Source of the DNA: Bacteroidota bacterium | Lineage (GTDB): Bacteria > Bacteroidota > Bacteroidia > J057 > JAJTIE01 | Length of the DNA: 64,000 bases | Direction: 5' to 3' | NCBI GenBank assembly: GCA_019638695.1 | Contig: JAHBTG010000001.1 | Span: forward strand, 19,173 to 83,172 | Shown here: piece by piece, positions 1 to 9,980 of the stretch | How positions within the stretch are numbered: position 1 is the first letter of the stretch | How the letters are laid out: each line of letters starts with the position of its first letter | Program-made: the position numbers and the translations under genes | The notes under the pieces: model-generated | Database searches by the model: none | Seen by the model: only the letters and a program-made list of their open reading frames with translations | Told to the model about the DNA's origin: nothing

Positions 1-1058
1 TTCTCAACGGCAAAATGGCCATAACCCCGGTAGTAGTGGACACCCGGGAAATCTTCGGCGCCAGCAAAGAAAGATATGCTATGGACTTTGCAGATGTGCG
101 CGGGCAAAGCCACGTCAAACGTGCCATGGAAGTAGCCGCTGCAGGGGGGCATAATGTTATCCTGGTAGGGCCGCCGGGTGCGGGCAAAACCATGCTGGCC
201 AAGCGCATGCCCAGCATACTCCCTCCTCTCTCCCTGCAAGAGGCGCTGGAAACCACCAAGATTCACAGCGTAGCCGGACGGCTGGTGAATGGCCACCAGG
301 GACTGCTGGCCACCCGGCCTTTTCGCAGCCCGCACCATACGGTAAGTGATGTGGCGCTGGTAGGCGGAGGCAATGTGCCGCAACCAGGAGAGATCTCCCT
401 GGCGCATAACGGCGTATTATTCCTGGACGAACTGCCGGAGTTCAAACGCACGGTGCTGGAGGTATTGCGCCAGCCGCTGGAAGAACGCACGATAGACATC
501 AGCCGGGCCCGTTTTGCCGTCAGCTACCCCGCCAGCTTCATGCTCATTGCCAGTATGAACCCTTGCCCGTGCGGTTACTACAACCACCCGGAGAAGGACT
601 GTGTATGTCCGCCCGGCGCCGTGCAGAAATACCTTTCCCGCATCTCCGGTCCGCTGCTGGACCGCATAGACCTGCATATAGAGGTCACTCCGGTAGATTT
701 TGAGGAACTGAGCGGCCAGCAAAGCAGCGAAGAATCCAGTGACCAGGTCCGCTCCCGGGTCATCCAGGCGCGGGAACAGCAGGTCCGGCGATTTGCAGAG
801 ATGCCGGGGATGTATGCCAATGCCCAAATGCCGCCGCAGATGGTACGCGATATCTGCACGGTCAGCAAGGCGAGCGACGCCCTGCTGAAAGCGGCGATGC
901 ACCGGCTTCAGCTGAGCGCCCGGGCCTATGACCGCATCCTGAAGGTGGCCCGCACCATTGCCGACCTGGCCCAGAGCGATGCCATCCTGCCGGAGCACGT
1001 GGCTGAAGCCATCCAGTACCGGAATCTGGACCGTGAAGGCTGGGCCGGTGAGTGCTAA
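1..1058 (+). CDS. YifB/ComM-family Mg-chelatase-like AAA+ ATPase, 5' end outside window
   Basis: Frame is open from nt 3. Walker A 'GPPGAGKTMLAKR', Walker B 'VLFLDELPEF' and the C-terminal 'LSARAYDRILKVARTIADL' helix are present. The ~170-aa N-terminal Lon-like domain is missing, so the ATG at 15 is internal. Confidence 0.85.
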   Translation, partial: LNGKMAITPVVVDTREIFGASKERYAMDFADVRGQSHVKRAMEVAAAGGHNVILVGPPGAGKTMLAKRMPSILPPLSLQEALETTKIHSVAGRLVNGHQGLLATRPFRSPHHTVSDVALVGGGNVPQPGEISLAHNGVLFLDELPEFKRTVLEVLRQPLEERTIDISRARFAVSYPASFMLIASMNPCPCGYYNHPEKDCVCPPGAVQKYLSRISGPLLDRIDLHIEVTPVDFEELSGQQSSEESSDQVRSRVIQAREQQVRRFAEMPGMYANAQMPPQMVRDICTVSKASDALLKAAMHRLQLSARAYDRILKVARTIADLAQSDAILPEHVAEAIQYRNLDREGWAGEC

Positions 1059-1100
1059 TGCTGCGTTGCCGGGGAGAGCGGCAGCAACGGTTTTAGAGCC

Positions 1101-2243
1101 TTAAGCTGATTTGCGAATGACAAAAGCAGGGAAAGCCCCTTTGATCGCCCACTTCTGGGGATGTTTGTCCTCTTGCCGGAATACCCAGCGCAGAATAGCT
1201 TTACCAAAGAACCAGGGCTTTATCCATAGCTTGGTAATGCCCGGCCCCAAAGCCCGCCACTGAAAGAGCTCCAGCTGAAAGGGCCACTGCTGGCCGCGAA
1301 ACCACTCCCAGGTGTGGAAATGCACATATAAGGTGGGTTTATCCGCGTCCTCGGAAGATCTGACCCTGGAAGGACGAATACCCAGCAGGCTCCGCAGCTT
1401 CCAGAAAATGCGTTTGTGCAGGAAGGCCCATTTATAAATAGCATGGTGGCTGCCCCATCCGTACACCACCACCCCCTGCTTGCCGGGCATCAGCGCACGA
1501 TAGATCTCCAGGAAGGCTGTGCGCTGCTTCTCCTGGGGGATATGATAAATGGTGTGGAGCGAAAGAATGGCATCCAGGCTATTGTCGGCAAAAGGCAGGT
1601 TGGTGAGGTCTGCCAGCATATAGACACCGCGGTCACCTACCTTGGCCTGCGCCTGCTTGAGGGCAGAGATCGAAAAATCCAGGCAAATGCGCCAGCGGAA
1701 TTTTTCCTGGTAGGCGAGGTACTCAGGGTACTGTACGGGTCCGGATGCGGCATCCAGCAAAAAGACACCGCCCTCCTGCGGCAGGTAACGGTTTACCCGC
1801 TGGTGGCAACGGGCCAGGTATTCGGCCGCTACCGGCCGCAAATCTTCAAACAGGTGTGCATCTTCAAACTGGCCTTCTTTGGCTTCCCACCCTATCTGGT
1901 CATAGAAACCGCGCACTCCCTGGCTTTGCTGCCCAACCAATCCTTTCTCCGTCACATGGGCCGGCAGTTGGCCGGGTTGCAGGAGGGTATAGTCCTCCAG
2001 GAAAAAGAAAAGGCCATCGTTCACGGGATACAGGTAGCGTCCGCCCTCTTCGGCAAGTGCCAGCTGCAGGGGAGCCTGCCAGGGGGTACCGTCCAGGCGC
2101 AATACCGCTCCCTGAGCAATCTGAGCATTGAGCTGTGCCAGCGCGTCGGCAACCAGCAGTTTCAGGGCATTGCCCGACTGGGGACAGCGCAGGCGAGGCA
2201 CCAGCGCATCGAGCAGGGCCTGCGAGATAAGCGTTTGAGACAT
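1101..2243 (-). CDS. Class I SAM-dependent methyltransferase with N-terminal Trm112-like module
   Basis: 380-aa ORF. The N-terminus 'LRCPQSGNAL...YPVNDGLFFFLED' looks Trm112-like. It is followed by a methyltransferase fold 'LLDAASGP...LADLTNLPFADNSLDAILSLHTIYHIP'. Confidence 0.7.
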   Translation of the reverse strand: MSQTLISQALLDALVPRLRCPQSGNALKLLVADALAQLNAQIAQGAVLRLDGTPWQAPLQLALAEEGGRYLYPVNDGLFFFLEDYTLLQPGQLPAHVTEKGLVGQQSQGVRGFYDQIGWEAKEGQFEDAHLFEDLRPVAAEYLARCHQRVNRYLPQEGGVFLLDAASGPVQYPEYLAYQEKFRWRICLDFSISALKQAQAKVGDRGVYMLADLTNLPFADNSLDAILSLHTIYHIPQEKQRTAFLEIYRALMPGKQGVVVYGWGSHHAIYKWAFLHKRIFWKLRSLLGIRPSRVRSSEDADKPTLYVHFHTWEWFRGQQWPFQLELFQWRALGPGITKLWIKPWFFGKAILRWVFRQEDKHPQKWAIKGAFPAFVIRKSA

Positions 2244-2276
2244 GGGTGCAAGTATAGGGGAAAAACGCCCCCAAGG

Positions 2277-3521
2277 CTAAGAGTTTTCTTTGAACCGGAC
2301 GGCCAGCATGGACACATCATCGGAATTGGGCACACCCTCGCTATGGGTCTTGAGCAGGCTGAGCACCTGGGCAATGATGTCCATGGTATCCGACTCACGG
2401 CCGCCCACCAGCAGGGTCTTCACCCGGTCGCTTCCCAACAGTTCTCCACGCGCATTCTCCTGCTCTACCACACCGTCGCTATAGGTGAACAGCAAGTCTC
2501 CGGGACCAAAATGCGCAAAACCTACTTCATAGGTCTCTATAGGCAAAATGCCCAGTGGGATACACCCTTTGGTAAGTTCATGTACCTCTCCATTGGGCCG
2601 GACCATAAAAGGAGGATTGTGCCCGGCATTGACATACTCTATCTCGCGCTTCACAATATTGATCTTGGCCAGGAAGAGGGTAACGAACTTCTCATTGCGG
2701 GTGAGGCGGGCAATGACCTGGTGGAGGCGATGGATATAGAGGTAAAAGCCGGCGTCGGTCTCTATCAGGGCACGCAGGTTGGCCTGGAGGTTAGCCACCA
2801 GCATAGCGGCAGCAATGCCCTTGCCTGCCGCATCGGCTATACAGATAAAGATCTCCTCATCTGACAACAGGATAATATCGTAGAAGTCGCCCGCTACTTT
2901 GGAGTGGGCAATGCAGCGGCCATAGATGTCCAGCTCATGGATGAGGTCAAAGTCCGACGGCAACGATTCCTGCTGAATGCGAGCAGCGACATCCAGCTCA
3001 TTCTGAATGCGGTCTTGCTCCTGTTTTTCTTCATAAAGGCGTATCCGCTCCAGTGTAATCTGCATAAAGGAGCCCACAGTTTCTATGAAAATGAGGTCGT
3101 TCATCGTCTCTGCCTCACTCTCTGCAAAATCTGCGATCAGTATCCAGGAATCGGGGCGGTCCTTATCGCTTCCCAGAGGGATGATATACTCCGCCCGGAT
3201 ATGAAAAGGGAACCCCTGTTCCGGGCTCTGCACGGTAGTAATGCCCTTGACCATCAGCAGATCTGGCAGGTCTTGCAAAGCCGGGGGATCAAAGTTATAG
3301 TTACGGGCTATCTGCAGGCCGCTGGCATCTCTCAGGACCAGCAGTAGCTTTTCTACGCCCAGCAGCTGGCGGATGGTGTTGAGTACGCGGTCTATAATTT
3401 CATCGCGAGAAGAATCAGGAGTGACGGAACGCACCAGGGAGAGCATGGCCGCAGCCTCCTGCCGCTTCAGCCGCAGCAGGGTACTGGGGTCAGTAGTATT
3501 GTATTCGTTCTTATCCTGCAT
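2277..3521 (-). CDS. GAF-domain PP2C/SpoIIE-family protein serine phosphatase
   Basis: 414-aa ORF with 'VAGDFYDIILLSDEEIFICIADAAGKGIAAAMLVANL' and 'YVNAGHNPP...FTYSDGV' PP2C/SpoIIE motifs after a GAF-like N-terminal half. Its ATG overlaps the stop of the upstream permease (ATGA). Confidence 0.8.
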   Translation of the reverse strand: MQDKNEYNTTDPSTLLRLKRQEAAAMLSLVRSVTPDSSRDEIIDRVLNTIRQLLGVEKLLLVLRDASGLQIARNYNFDPPALQDLPDLLMVKGITTVQSPEQGFPFHIRAEYIIPLGSDKDRPDSWILIADFAESEAETMNDLIFIETVGSFMQITLERIRLYEEKQEQDRIQNELDVAARIQQESLPSDFDLIHELDIYGRCIAHSKVAGDFYDIILLSDEEIFICIADAAGKGIAAAMLVANLQANLRALIETDAGFYLYIHRLHQVIARLTRNEKFVTLFLAKINIVKREIEYVNAGHNPPFMVRPNGEVHELTKGCIPLGILPIETYEVGFAHFGPGDLLFTYSDGVVEQENARGELLGSDRVKTLLVGGRESDTMDIIAQVLSLLKTHSEGVPNSDDVSMLAVRFKENS

Positions 3522-4609
3522 CAGGTCTCGTTAGCTGGGTCGGCGGCATCTCGCAAAGCCATTGCCACTAAATTAAGAGAGAGTATTAACATGACAATCG
3601 CCAATCCCGGAAAAAAGGCCAACCATTTACCATTGGCAAATAATATCTGGCTAAAGCCTTCCTGCACCATGCTGCCCCAGGTGGGTGTAGGGGGCGCCAC
3701 ACCCAAGCCCAGGAAACTGAGGCCGGCCTCCAGCAAGATGGCAGTGGCAAAGTTGGCGCAGGACAGGATCACAATAGTACCGGTGAGATTGGGCAAAAGG
3801 TGGCGCAAGATGATACGCCTGGGGGGCAGCCCCAGCACCTGGGCAGCCTGCACCCATTGCCGGCTGCGCAAGGCCAGTACCTGGCCCCTGATCACCCGTG
3901 CCAGGTCTACCCATATGGACAAGCCGATAGCCAGTACCAACTGCTGCAATCCTTTACCCAGTGCAAAAGCCAGCACCAGGGCAAGCAGTAATGAAGGCAG
4001 GGACCACACCACGGACATCAGCCATTGTATGGCCGCATCTACCCGTCCGCCATAGTAGCCAGACAAAGCCCCCAGGGTAACTCCCAGGGCCAGGCTTACC
4101 AGCACAGCAAGCAATCCTACCCCCATACTCACCCGGGTGCCCAGCATCAGGCGGCTCAGCACGTCCCGTCCCAGCACATCACTCCCCAGCCAAAAGGTGT
4201 GCAGGCGCAGGTGATCTGCCAGAAAACGTTCCCTAGCAGCCGGGAGGCTGGCATGGGTAGACAAGGTACCAGGAAGACCGGCATAATCTACATAGTGCAG
4301 GACGGAGTCCTGCCAGTGCAGGGATTGCGGCTGTACGGGCAGGCAGGTTTCCTGGGTAAGCCGGCCTTGCCACCAGATACCCCATATACCCTGTGACATA
4401 CCGGCAGTATCCGGAAGCACCAGGAGTGTGACCGCTGAGCCGGGAGGCTGGCGCGCCGCAGCCGTTAGCTGTCTGTTGGCAGAGGGGCTATTATCCGGGA
4501 GTATCCAGTAGCCCAGGATAGCGACCCCTGTATTGAGAGACAACCACCCCAAAGCGATCATAGCCAGGGGATGACGCCGCAGGTGCCTCCAAAGGCTAGT
4601 TGCAGGCAT
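3521..4609 (-). CDS. ABC transporter permease, DppC/OppC type
   Basis: 362-aa polytopic ORF. It carries the binding-protein-dependent permease signature region 'VQAAQVLGLPPRRIILRHLLPN' and an N-terminal anchor plus periplasmic loop typical of OppC/DppC. Confidence 0.8.
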   Translation of the reverse strand: MPATSLWRHLRRHPLAMIALGWLSLNTGVAILGYWILPDNSPSANRQLTAAARQPPGSAVTLLVLPDTAGMSQGIWGIWWQGRLTQETCLPVQPQSLHWQDSVLHYVDYAGLPGTLSTHASLPAARERFLADHLRLHTFWLGSDVLGRDVLSRLMLGTRVSMGVGLLAVLVSLALGVTLGALSGYYGGRVDAAIQWLMSVVWSLPSLLLALVLAFALGKGLQQLVLAIGLSIWVDLARVIRGQVLALRSRQWVQAAQVLGLPPRRIILRHLLPNLTGTIVILSCANFATAILLEAGLSFLGLGVAPPTPTWGSMVQEGFSQILFANGKWLAFFPGLAIVMLILSLNLVAMALRDAADPANET

Positions 4610-4611
4610 AG

Positions 4612-4890
4612 CTATCGGCGGCCATTGTGCTTGAGCAGCCCCTCTTTGGTAGCCAGGTAATGGTATGCGTGCATATTGTCTGCATCATGAAAGAACGTGG
4701 GGACATAGTCCTGGGATCTGGGGTCAAAAGCCATCACCTGCACCCAGCGGCGGGTGATCAGTTCTTTGAGCTCAGCTGCCACTACGGCCGGACTACCGCC
4801 TACCTCGGATACAATGTTATCAAAGGGCTCTACGAAATAGAGCGCATCCAGTATGCGAAACTGAATATCCGTAAGCTCAGAAGCGTTCAT
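4612..4890 (-). CDS. Hypothetical small cytoplasmic protein, first gene of a four-gene minus-strand string
   Basis: 92-aa ORF with normal composition. It ends 2 nt before the permease start. No motif recognised. Confidence 0.5.
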   Translation of the reverse strand: MNASELTDIQFRILDALYFVEPFDNIVSEVGGSPAVVAAELKELITRRWVQVMAFDPRSQDYVPTFFHDADNMHAYHYLATKEGLLKHNGRR

Positions 4891-4925
4891 CTACAAATTT
4901 TGAGACAAAATAATGAAGATTAGCA

Positions 4926-4956
4926 TTTGACAATAGAGATATTACGTCTATCTTTG
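4926..4956 (+). promoter_or_regulatory. Bacteroidota-type promoter for the tRNA pair (-33 TTTG, -7 TAnnTTTG)
   Basis: 'TTTG' at 4926-4929 and 'TATCTTTG' at 4949-4956 are separated by 19 nt. tRNA-Lys starts 20 nt downstream. Confidence 0.5.
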
Positions 4957-4975
4957 CCCCTCCTCCCAAGAGGAT

Positions 4976-5048
4976 GACTCCGTAGCTCAGTTGGTAGAGC
5001 ATTTGACTTTTAATCAGAGGGCCCTGGGTTCGAGTCCCAGCGGAGTCA
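4976..5048 (+). tRNA. tRNA-Lys (anticodon TTT)
   Basis: 73-nt cloverleaf folded by hand. Acceptor GACTCCG/CGGAGTC, D stem GCTC/GAGC, anticodon loop CTTTTAA, T arm CTGGG-TTCGAGT-CCCAG. CCA is not encoded. Confidence 0.95.
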
Positions 5049-5064
5049 CAACATCACCTTTCAC

Positions 5065-5148
5065 GCCCTGGTGGCGAAATTGGTAGACGCACCATCTTGA
5101 GGGGGTGGCGCTGTAACAGGCGTGCTGGTTCGAATCCAGTCCAGGGCA
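5065..5148 (+). tRNA. tRNA-Leu (anticodon GAG), type II with long variable arm
   Basis: 84 nt. Acceptor GCCCTGG/CCAGGGC, anticodon stem CCATC/GGTGG with loop TTGAGGG, long variable arm, T loop TTCGAAT. Confidence 0.92.
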
Positions 5149-5162
5149 CATACCGATAGCAA

Positions 5163-5187
5163 AGCAATCCACCGGGATTGCTTTTTT
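5163..5187 (+). terminator. Rho-independent terminator after the tRNA pair
   Basis: Stem AGCAATCC/GGATTGCT with loop ACCG, followed by a T6 run. Confidence 0.75.
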
Positions 5188-5233
5188 GTTGCCCTTACCC
5201 CTCAAATACAAACGTCACAAAGACCTGGCCAAC

Positions 5234-5262
5234 AAAAAAAGGGCGGCCTCATGAGGCCGCCC
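5234..5262 (-). terminator. Rho-independent terminator of the 1,563-aa adhesin gene
   Basis: Perfect 22-nt palindrome GGGCGGCCTCATGAGGCCGCCC (5241-5262). On the minus strand it is followed by T7 (A7 at 5234-5240). It lies 27 nt after the stop codon. Confidence 0.8.
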
Positions 5263-5288
5263 TTCGTATTTCATATTAAGGTGCGGGG

Positions 5289-8200
5289 TTACCGGATAAC
5301 GGTTACGTTGCCCACTTTCTCATAGTCCCGACCGATCAGGTCCTTACCGATCAGCTTATAGACATACGTGCCTTCGGGAACATCCTTTCCGTTGTTGTCT
5401 TTGCCATCCCACATTTTGTTGGAACCAGTGCTGGTATTGAATACCAGGGCTCCCCAACGATTAAAGATATGGAGTTCAAAGGAGCGGAACATATTGGGGT
5501 CCACGCCAAAGTAATCGTTGATACCGTCATTGTTGGGGGTAAAGACGTTGGGCAGCTGCACTACCTGGCTATTGATGCGGAAGGTTACCACCTCAACATC
5601 CGAACAGTTACCGGAAGGATCTGTCACGGTAAGCGTAGCCGTGAAGAATACCTGTTTGGCAGGGTCTGAGTAGTTAATGGGGAAGATTCCGCAGTTGGCA
5701 GGGTCGCAATCATTACAGTTGATCACACCGCCTGCGTCTGTCTGGATAACCCATGAGCAAGTTCCCTGGTGCGTGCTGGTATTGGTGATGGAGCTCACGG
5801 TAGCAATGTTATTGGCATCACGAACGAATACCGTAGTCGGCACGGTAGGATTATCCGCGCTGAACATGCTGAAGCGGGCATCGGGCGTGGGGCTTACCAT
5901 AAAGAAGGAGGAGAAGGCCTCAATACCCGCGGGGTCAGTTGAGGAAACACGTACACGGTAATCTCCGGGTGTCACGCCAGTCAGCTGCGGGATAGAAAGG
6001 GCCACAGGGCTCTGTACGTTGTTACGGGTAAACACCACCTGGTCAAACTGGTCGCGCAGCTCCAGGTTAAACTGGTTTGAAGGACCAAACACCCCTACGG
6101 TACCAAAAGTCACATTGACGGTCTCGGTACTGCAATAGTTGGTATTATCCGTCTGCAGGTTAGTAATGCCCGTATTGAGCGCCTCTATACTACCGGAGCA
6201 ATCTACCAGGCAGCCATTGGCGTCCTCCACCGTTACACGGTAGTTGTAGGTGCCGTCTGCAGCATAAGTGAAGGACGGCAGGGTAATGGTGGTATTGCTG
6301 GAAGTAAAGGCCGGCTCAGGGTTACCTTCGATAGGCTCAAAGGTTACGGTGAAAGGAGGCGTAGCGTTGCCCGGCATCGTAATGGTGGCATTGGTCACTG
6401 CCTGACCCGTACCTACATTGGCAGGCAGGTTGCAGGTCATAGAACCCAATGAACCAAAGGTGATGTTTGCAGTGGTTGCAGACAGCAGGTCTACGCAACC
6501 GCCGGAGCTGTATACAATACGATAGGTGCGGTTCTCCTGTATATTGGTCACAGAAAGAGGATTTACCCCTGCACTGGAAGGCACGGTAGTAAAACCGCTT
6601 CCCATATCCACTTCCCAGCGGTCAATGGTCACACCGGTACCTCCATTGGAGAAAACGGGAGCAATCTGTACTACTACGGCATCAGAACACACGGTAGCTG
6701 TGGGAGTGATGTTAAAGCTGGTGACAGAAGGAGAAGGTGCGATCGTCACGTTCAAAGGCGTAGCATTGGCATTGCCGCAACCATTGGAAACAGACAGCCC
6801 TACAGTACCGGCACCGGCAGCCCCCCATTGCACAATGACAAAGGAAGGAGTCACGGTTTCTACAATAGTACCTCCCGTGATATTCCAGGTATAGTTAAGA
6901 CCTGTGGGAGGAGTAGCCTGGTAGGCCTCCGTGGAGTTTGCACAAGCAGACAGAGAGCCGGAAATGGTAGGCGTGGCAGGAGCGCCGTTATTTACATAGA
7001 TGGTAAACGTGCGGTTGGCAGTACCACAGTTATTGGTTTCTGTGAGCGTGAGTGAACCGGGACCGGTGGCAGTATTCCACACTACGGTAGGCGTAGCGGT
7101 GTTGGCGCCGCTAGAGATCGTACCATTGGTGATGGTCCAGGCCCAAGTAGTAGTGCCGGGATTGTTCTGCACACTGTAGTTTACAGGAGTAGCGCTTTGG
7201 CAAACTGCCAGGGGACCGGTAATGTCGGATATGCGGGGGGCACCGGTTACATTCACCGTAAGGTTATTCTGGCGGTTGCCGCAACCATTGGTCTCTGTCA
7301 TACGAAGCGTATAGGTACCCACTTGTAACCAGCGTACCTGTAAGTTGGTGGTGCCCTGGCCGCCTACAATGTCCCAGTTGGCACCCTGGGCACCCGGGGT
7401 GATCGTCCAGTTGTAACTGACACCAGAGCGGGAAGCCACGGTATAGCTATTGGCCAGGCCGCCGGTACACACGCTGTTTGCCCCGGTAATGTTATTGAGC
7501 GCAGGGAGCGCCTGGATCTCAATGTTCTCTCCATTATCATTATTCGTCTGGCTGCCGCCGCTGGGAGCGCTGCCCACTACACGGATACGGTAACCAGTTC
7601 CGCTGGCAGTACCGCCGGGAATCGTAATATTGATGGTATTGCCCGTGAGGTTATTGCCACTCAGGGACAGGGTACCCACAGCAGTAGGAGAGCCGAATCC
7701 GCCGGAAGCATTGGAGAGCTGGGCAGTAAATACGTTACCTGCATTCCAGGTGCCTGCGGCATTAAAAGGAATAGCCAGTGTCTGACCGGCGCACAGCGGG
7801 CTGGGCAGCGGACACACAAACGTAGTGGGGCTGGATGCACCACCCGTAGTAACCCCTTCTACACGAATCTCATCCACAGAAAGGCTCATATAAGGGCCGT
7901 TGGGCTCGTTGACGCCGTTTGAAGCCGGATTAAAGTTAAACTCAAGGCGGATCTGTTTGCCATCCAGCACGTTAGAAAGACCGGCCGCCGTGAGGTTCAG
8001 GGAATTCCAGCGCAGGGGACTTACCTGGTTGTCCATAAGATTCTGCGTGTGCAATACACTGCTGTTGCTGGCGTCTATAATGCGCATGAAAGACCCTGTA
8101 ATAGCCGTGCTGCCCCAGATCATAGACAGGTTGACATTCTGAAGATTGGAGCAGTCTATGGTCTTGGTAGTAGCTACCAGCGTGCTGGAGGTCGCATTGG

Positions 8201-9980
8201 TAAACCACTGCGCAGAAGCACCGCTAAAAGTGGCCAGACCGGAAGCGTCTACTGTCACGTGGAAATAGTTGCTGTTAGGTCCGTTGGTTACCGTGCCCAC
8301 ACCTGTTTGTGCGGGAGTGGGGTTGAGCGTCTGGATGGGAGTTCCGAAAACGTCCAGGCTCATGGAACTGTAATCATTATTTACAATCCACTTGTTGTTT
8401 CCACCCAAACCGCTGGCAGACCAGGGCACCGGGGGACCAATCGTCCAGCTATCGGCCGTAAGCGATGATATAGAAGAATGAGTTTCAAAGTTCTCATAGA
8501 AAGCCACAGTAGGCGTGCCGCCGCCGCCGGTAATCAGCTGGCACTGGCAGTCGGCTATGGTCAGGTGACCGTTCTTGGTCACCACATTATTCCCCTCGGC
8601 ATTCGTCACGGTAAGGGTAACGTTCTTGGCACCGGCAGTGTTGAAACGCACCTCAGGGTGTTGGCTGGTGGCGCTGGTACCGTTTACATATTCGGCCCCA
8701 GGTATATTCCAGCTCCAGCTCGTGATGGGGGGGAAGGAGGTAGAGAGATCGGTGAGTTGCAACACCGTAACGCTGCCCGTGGTGGGCGACGGCACTGTGG
8801 AGCATGCGGTGCTCTGGTAGGCCACAAAATCTGCCTGCGGGGGGCAGTTCGCCACATTGACATTAAACGTGACCGGTGTGAGGTCTACATTACAAGCCGT
8901 ATTAGCACGCAGGGACACGGTATAGGCACCGTTACTGGTGAACCTTACGGCAAGGTTACCCAGGCTGTCTGCCACCACGGTATTGGCCTGGCCGCTTACT
9001 ACGGTAAACCCGGTAGAGGGAGTGATACGCCATTCATAGTTGATACCTTTGACAAAGGTGCTGGTCGTATTGCGGAAAGTGACCGTCTGGTTCTTACAGG
9101 GACTTGTGATATCCCGGTCTGCAGTAATGGTAGGGTTGGTAGCCGAAGCGGTCACCTCGATATTGTCTACGTTATAAGCAGCATTGAACATGAGGTTGGT
9201 ACCCGCCTGGCCCGTACGCATGCCCAGGTTACGGAAACGGAAAGCCAGGATAACGTTGGGCTGGTTGTAAAGCTCCCGGTTAAGGCCCACATTGTAGCGC
9301 ACCCACGGGCCGCACTGCGGGTCGCGGGAATAGGCCACCTGGAGATCTTTGGCTGCCACAATCCAGGTAGCCCCGCCATCCGTGGATGCCAGGATACTAT
9401 GGCTGTCAAAAAATTCCTGATTCTCATAGGAGAGCTCTCCCCCCAGGTATGCATCAAACGAAAGCACAATGTTACAACGGCCCACCGTGCTGAACCCATT
9501 GATCAGCACCGCCATCTGGTCAGAGGAGGGATTCACCGCAGGATTCAGTGGATTTACATAAAAGGGGAAATAAGTATCCCCGCCATCCGCCGGTTCGGTA
9601 ATCTGCGAAGGCGCTTGCCGCTGCAGGACATCCGCACCATCCGGGCAAAACTCCGGCCAGGTAATATGCATGCTCTGGTTAGCACCGCCGCCGCCGCAAC
9701 GCGCACCGGCGCTGGTACCGCCACTGGACACATGGCGGTTATTGATAATCCAGTAGTTGTTACACCCGGAGTTGGTCTGCGCATCCGAACCATTATAGTG
9801 CAGGTGCTGGATACCCGTGGGTGTTGGGTTGGTCAGGGAGCCGGGAGTGTCTTCCAGGCGCCACCGGCCTGCCGCTCCGGCATCATCAAAATTCTCAGAA
9901 AAGATCACTTGTGCCTGCAGGCCACTTAGGCCAAAGCACAGCAAGAACAGTGCTAGCTTACCGAATTGAGAAAATATCAT
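5289..9980 (-). CDS. Large cell-surface protein with PKD/Ig-like repeats and a T9SS type B (gliding-motility) C-terminal domain
   Basis: 1,563-aa ORF with signal peptide 'MIFSQFGKLALFLLCFGLSGLQA'. It contains many Ig/PKD-like segments, e.g. 'VTFRNTTS...YEWRITP...GAYTVSLRA'. The last ~90 aa, 'LPNVFTPNNDGINDYFGV...FNRWGALVFN...WDGKDNNGKDVPEGTYVYKL', form the type B CTD signature. Confidence 0.88.
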   Translation of the reverse strand: MIFSQFGKLALFLLCFGLSGLQAQVIFSENFDDAGAAGRWRLEDTPGSLTNPTPTGIQHLHYNGSDAQTNSGCNNYWIINNRHVSSGGTSAGARCGGGGANQSMHITWPEFCPDGADVLQRQAPSQITEPADGGDTYFPFYVNPLNPAVNPSSDQMAVLINGFSTVGRCNIVLSFDAYLGGELSYENQEFFDSHSILASTDGGATWIVAAKDLQVAYSRDPQCGPWVRYNVGLNRELYNQPNVILAFRFRNLGMRTGQAGTNLMFNAAYNVDNIEVTASATNPTITADRDITSPCKNQTVTFRNTTSTFVKGINYEWRITPSTGFTVVSGQANTVVADSLGNLAVRFTSNGAYTVSLRANTACNVDLTPVTFNVNVANCPPQADFVAYQSTACSTVPSPTTGSVTVLQLTDLSTSFPPITSWSWNIPGAEYVNGTSATSQHPEVRFNTAGAKNVTLTVTNAEGNNVVTKNGHLTIADCQCQLITGGGGTPTVAFYENFETHSSISSLTADSWTIGPPVPWSASGLGGNNKWIVNNDYSSMSLDVFGTPIQTLNPTPAQTGVGTVTNGPNSNYFHVTVDASGLATFSGASAQWFTNATSSTLVATTKTIDCSNLQNVNLSMIWGSTAITGSFMRIIDASNSSVLHTQNLMDNQVSPLRWNSLNLTAAGLSNVLDGKQIRLEFNFNPASNGVNEPNGPYMSLSVDEIRVEGVTTGGASSPTTFVCPLPSPLCAGQTLAIPFNAAGTWNAGNVFTAQLSNASGGFGSPTAVGTLSLSGNNLTGNTINITIPGGTASGTGYRIRVVGSAPSGGSQTNNDNGENIEIQALPALNNITGANSVCTGGLANSYTVASRSGVSYNWTITPGAQGANWDIVGGQGTTNLQVRWLQVGTYTLRMTETNGCGNRQNNLTVNVTGAPRISDITGPLAVCQSATPVNYSVQNNPGTTTWAWTITNGTISSGANTATPTVVWNTATGPGSLTLTETNNCGTANRTFTIYVNNGAPATPTISGSLSACANSTEAYQATPPTGLNYTWNITGGTIVETVTPSFVIVQWGAAGAGTVGLSVSNGCGNANATPLNVTIAPSPSVTSFNITPTATVCSDAVVVQIAPVFSNGGTGVTIDRWEVDMGSGFTTVPSSAGVNPLSVTNIQENRTYRIVYSSGGCVDLLSATTANITFGSLGSMTCNLPANVGTGQAVTNATITMPGNATPPFTVTFEPIEGNPEPAFTSSNTTITLPSFTYAADGTYNYRVTVEDANGCLVDCSGSIEALNTGITNLQTDNTNYCSTETVNVTFGTVGVFGPSNQFNLELRDQFDQVVFTRNNVQSPVALSIPQLTGVTPGDYRVRVSSTDPAGIEAFSSFFMVSPTPDARFSMFSADNPTVPTTVFVRDANNIATVSSITNTSTHQGTCSWVIQTDAGGVINCNDCDPANCGIFPINYSDPAKQVFFTATLTVTDPSGNCSDVEVVTFRINSQVVQLPNVFTPNNDGINDYFGVDPNMFRSFELHIFNRWGALVFNTSTGSNKMWDGKDNNGKDVPEGTYVYKLIGKDLIGRDYEKVGNVTVIR

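Noticed and set aside
4891-5288. tRNA pair as a possible integration site for a genomic island containing the large adhesin.
   Set aside because: There is no integrase, no direct repeat of the tRNA 3' end and no compositional break. The adhesin gene has its own terminator facing the tRNAs.
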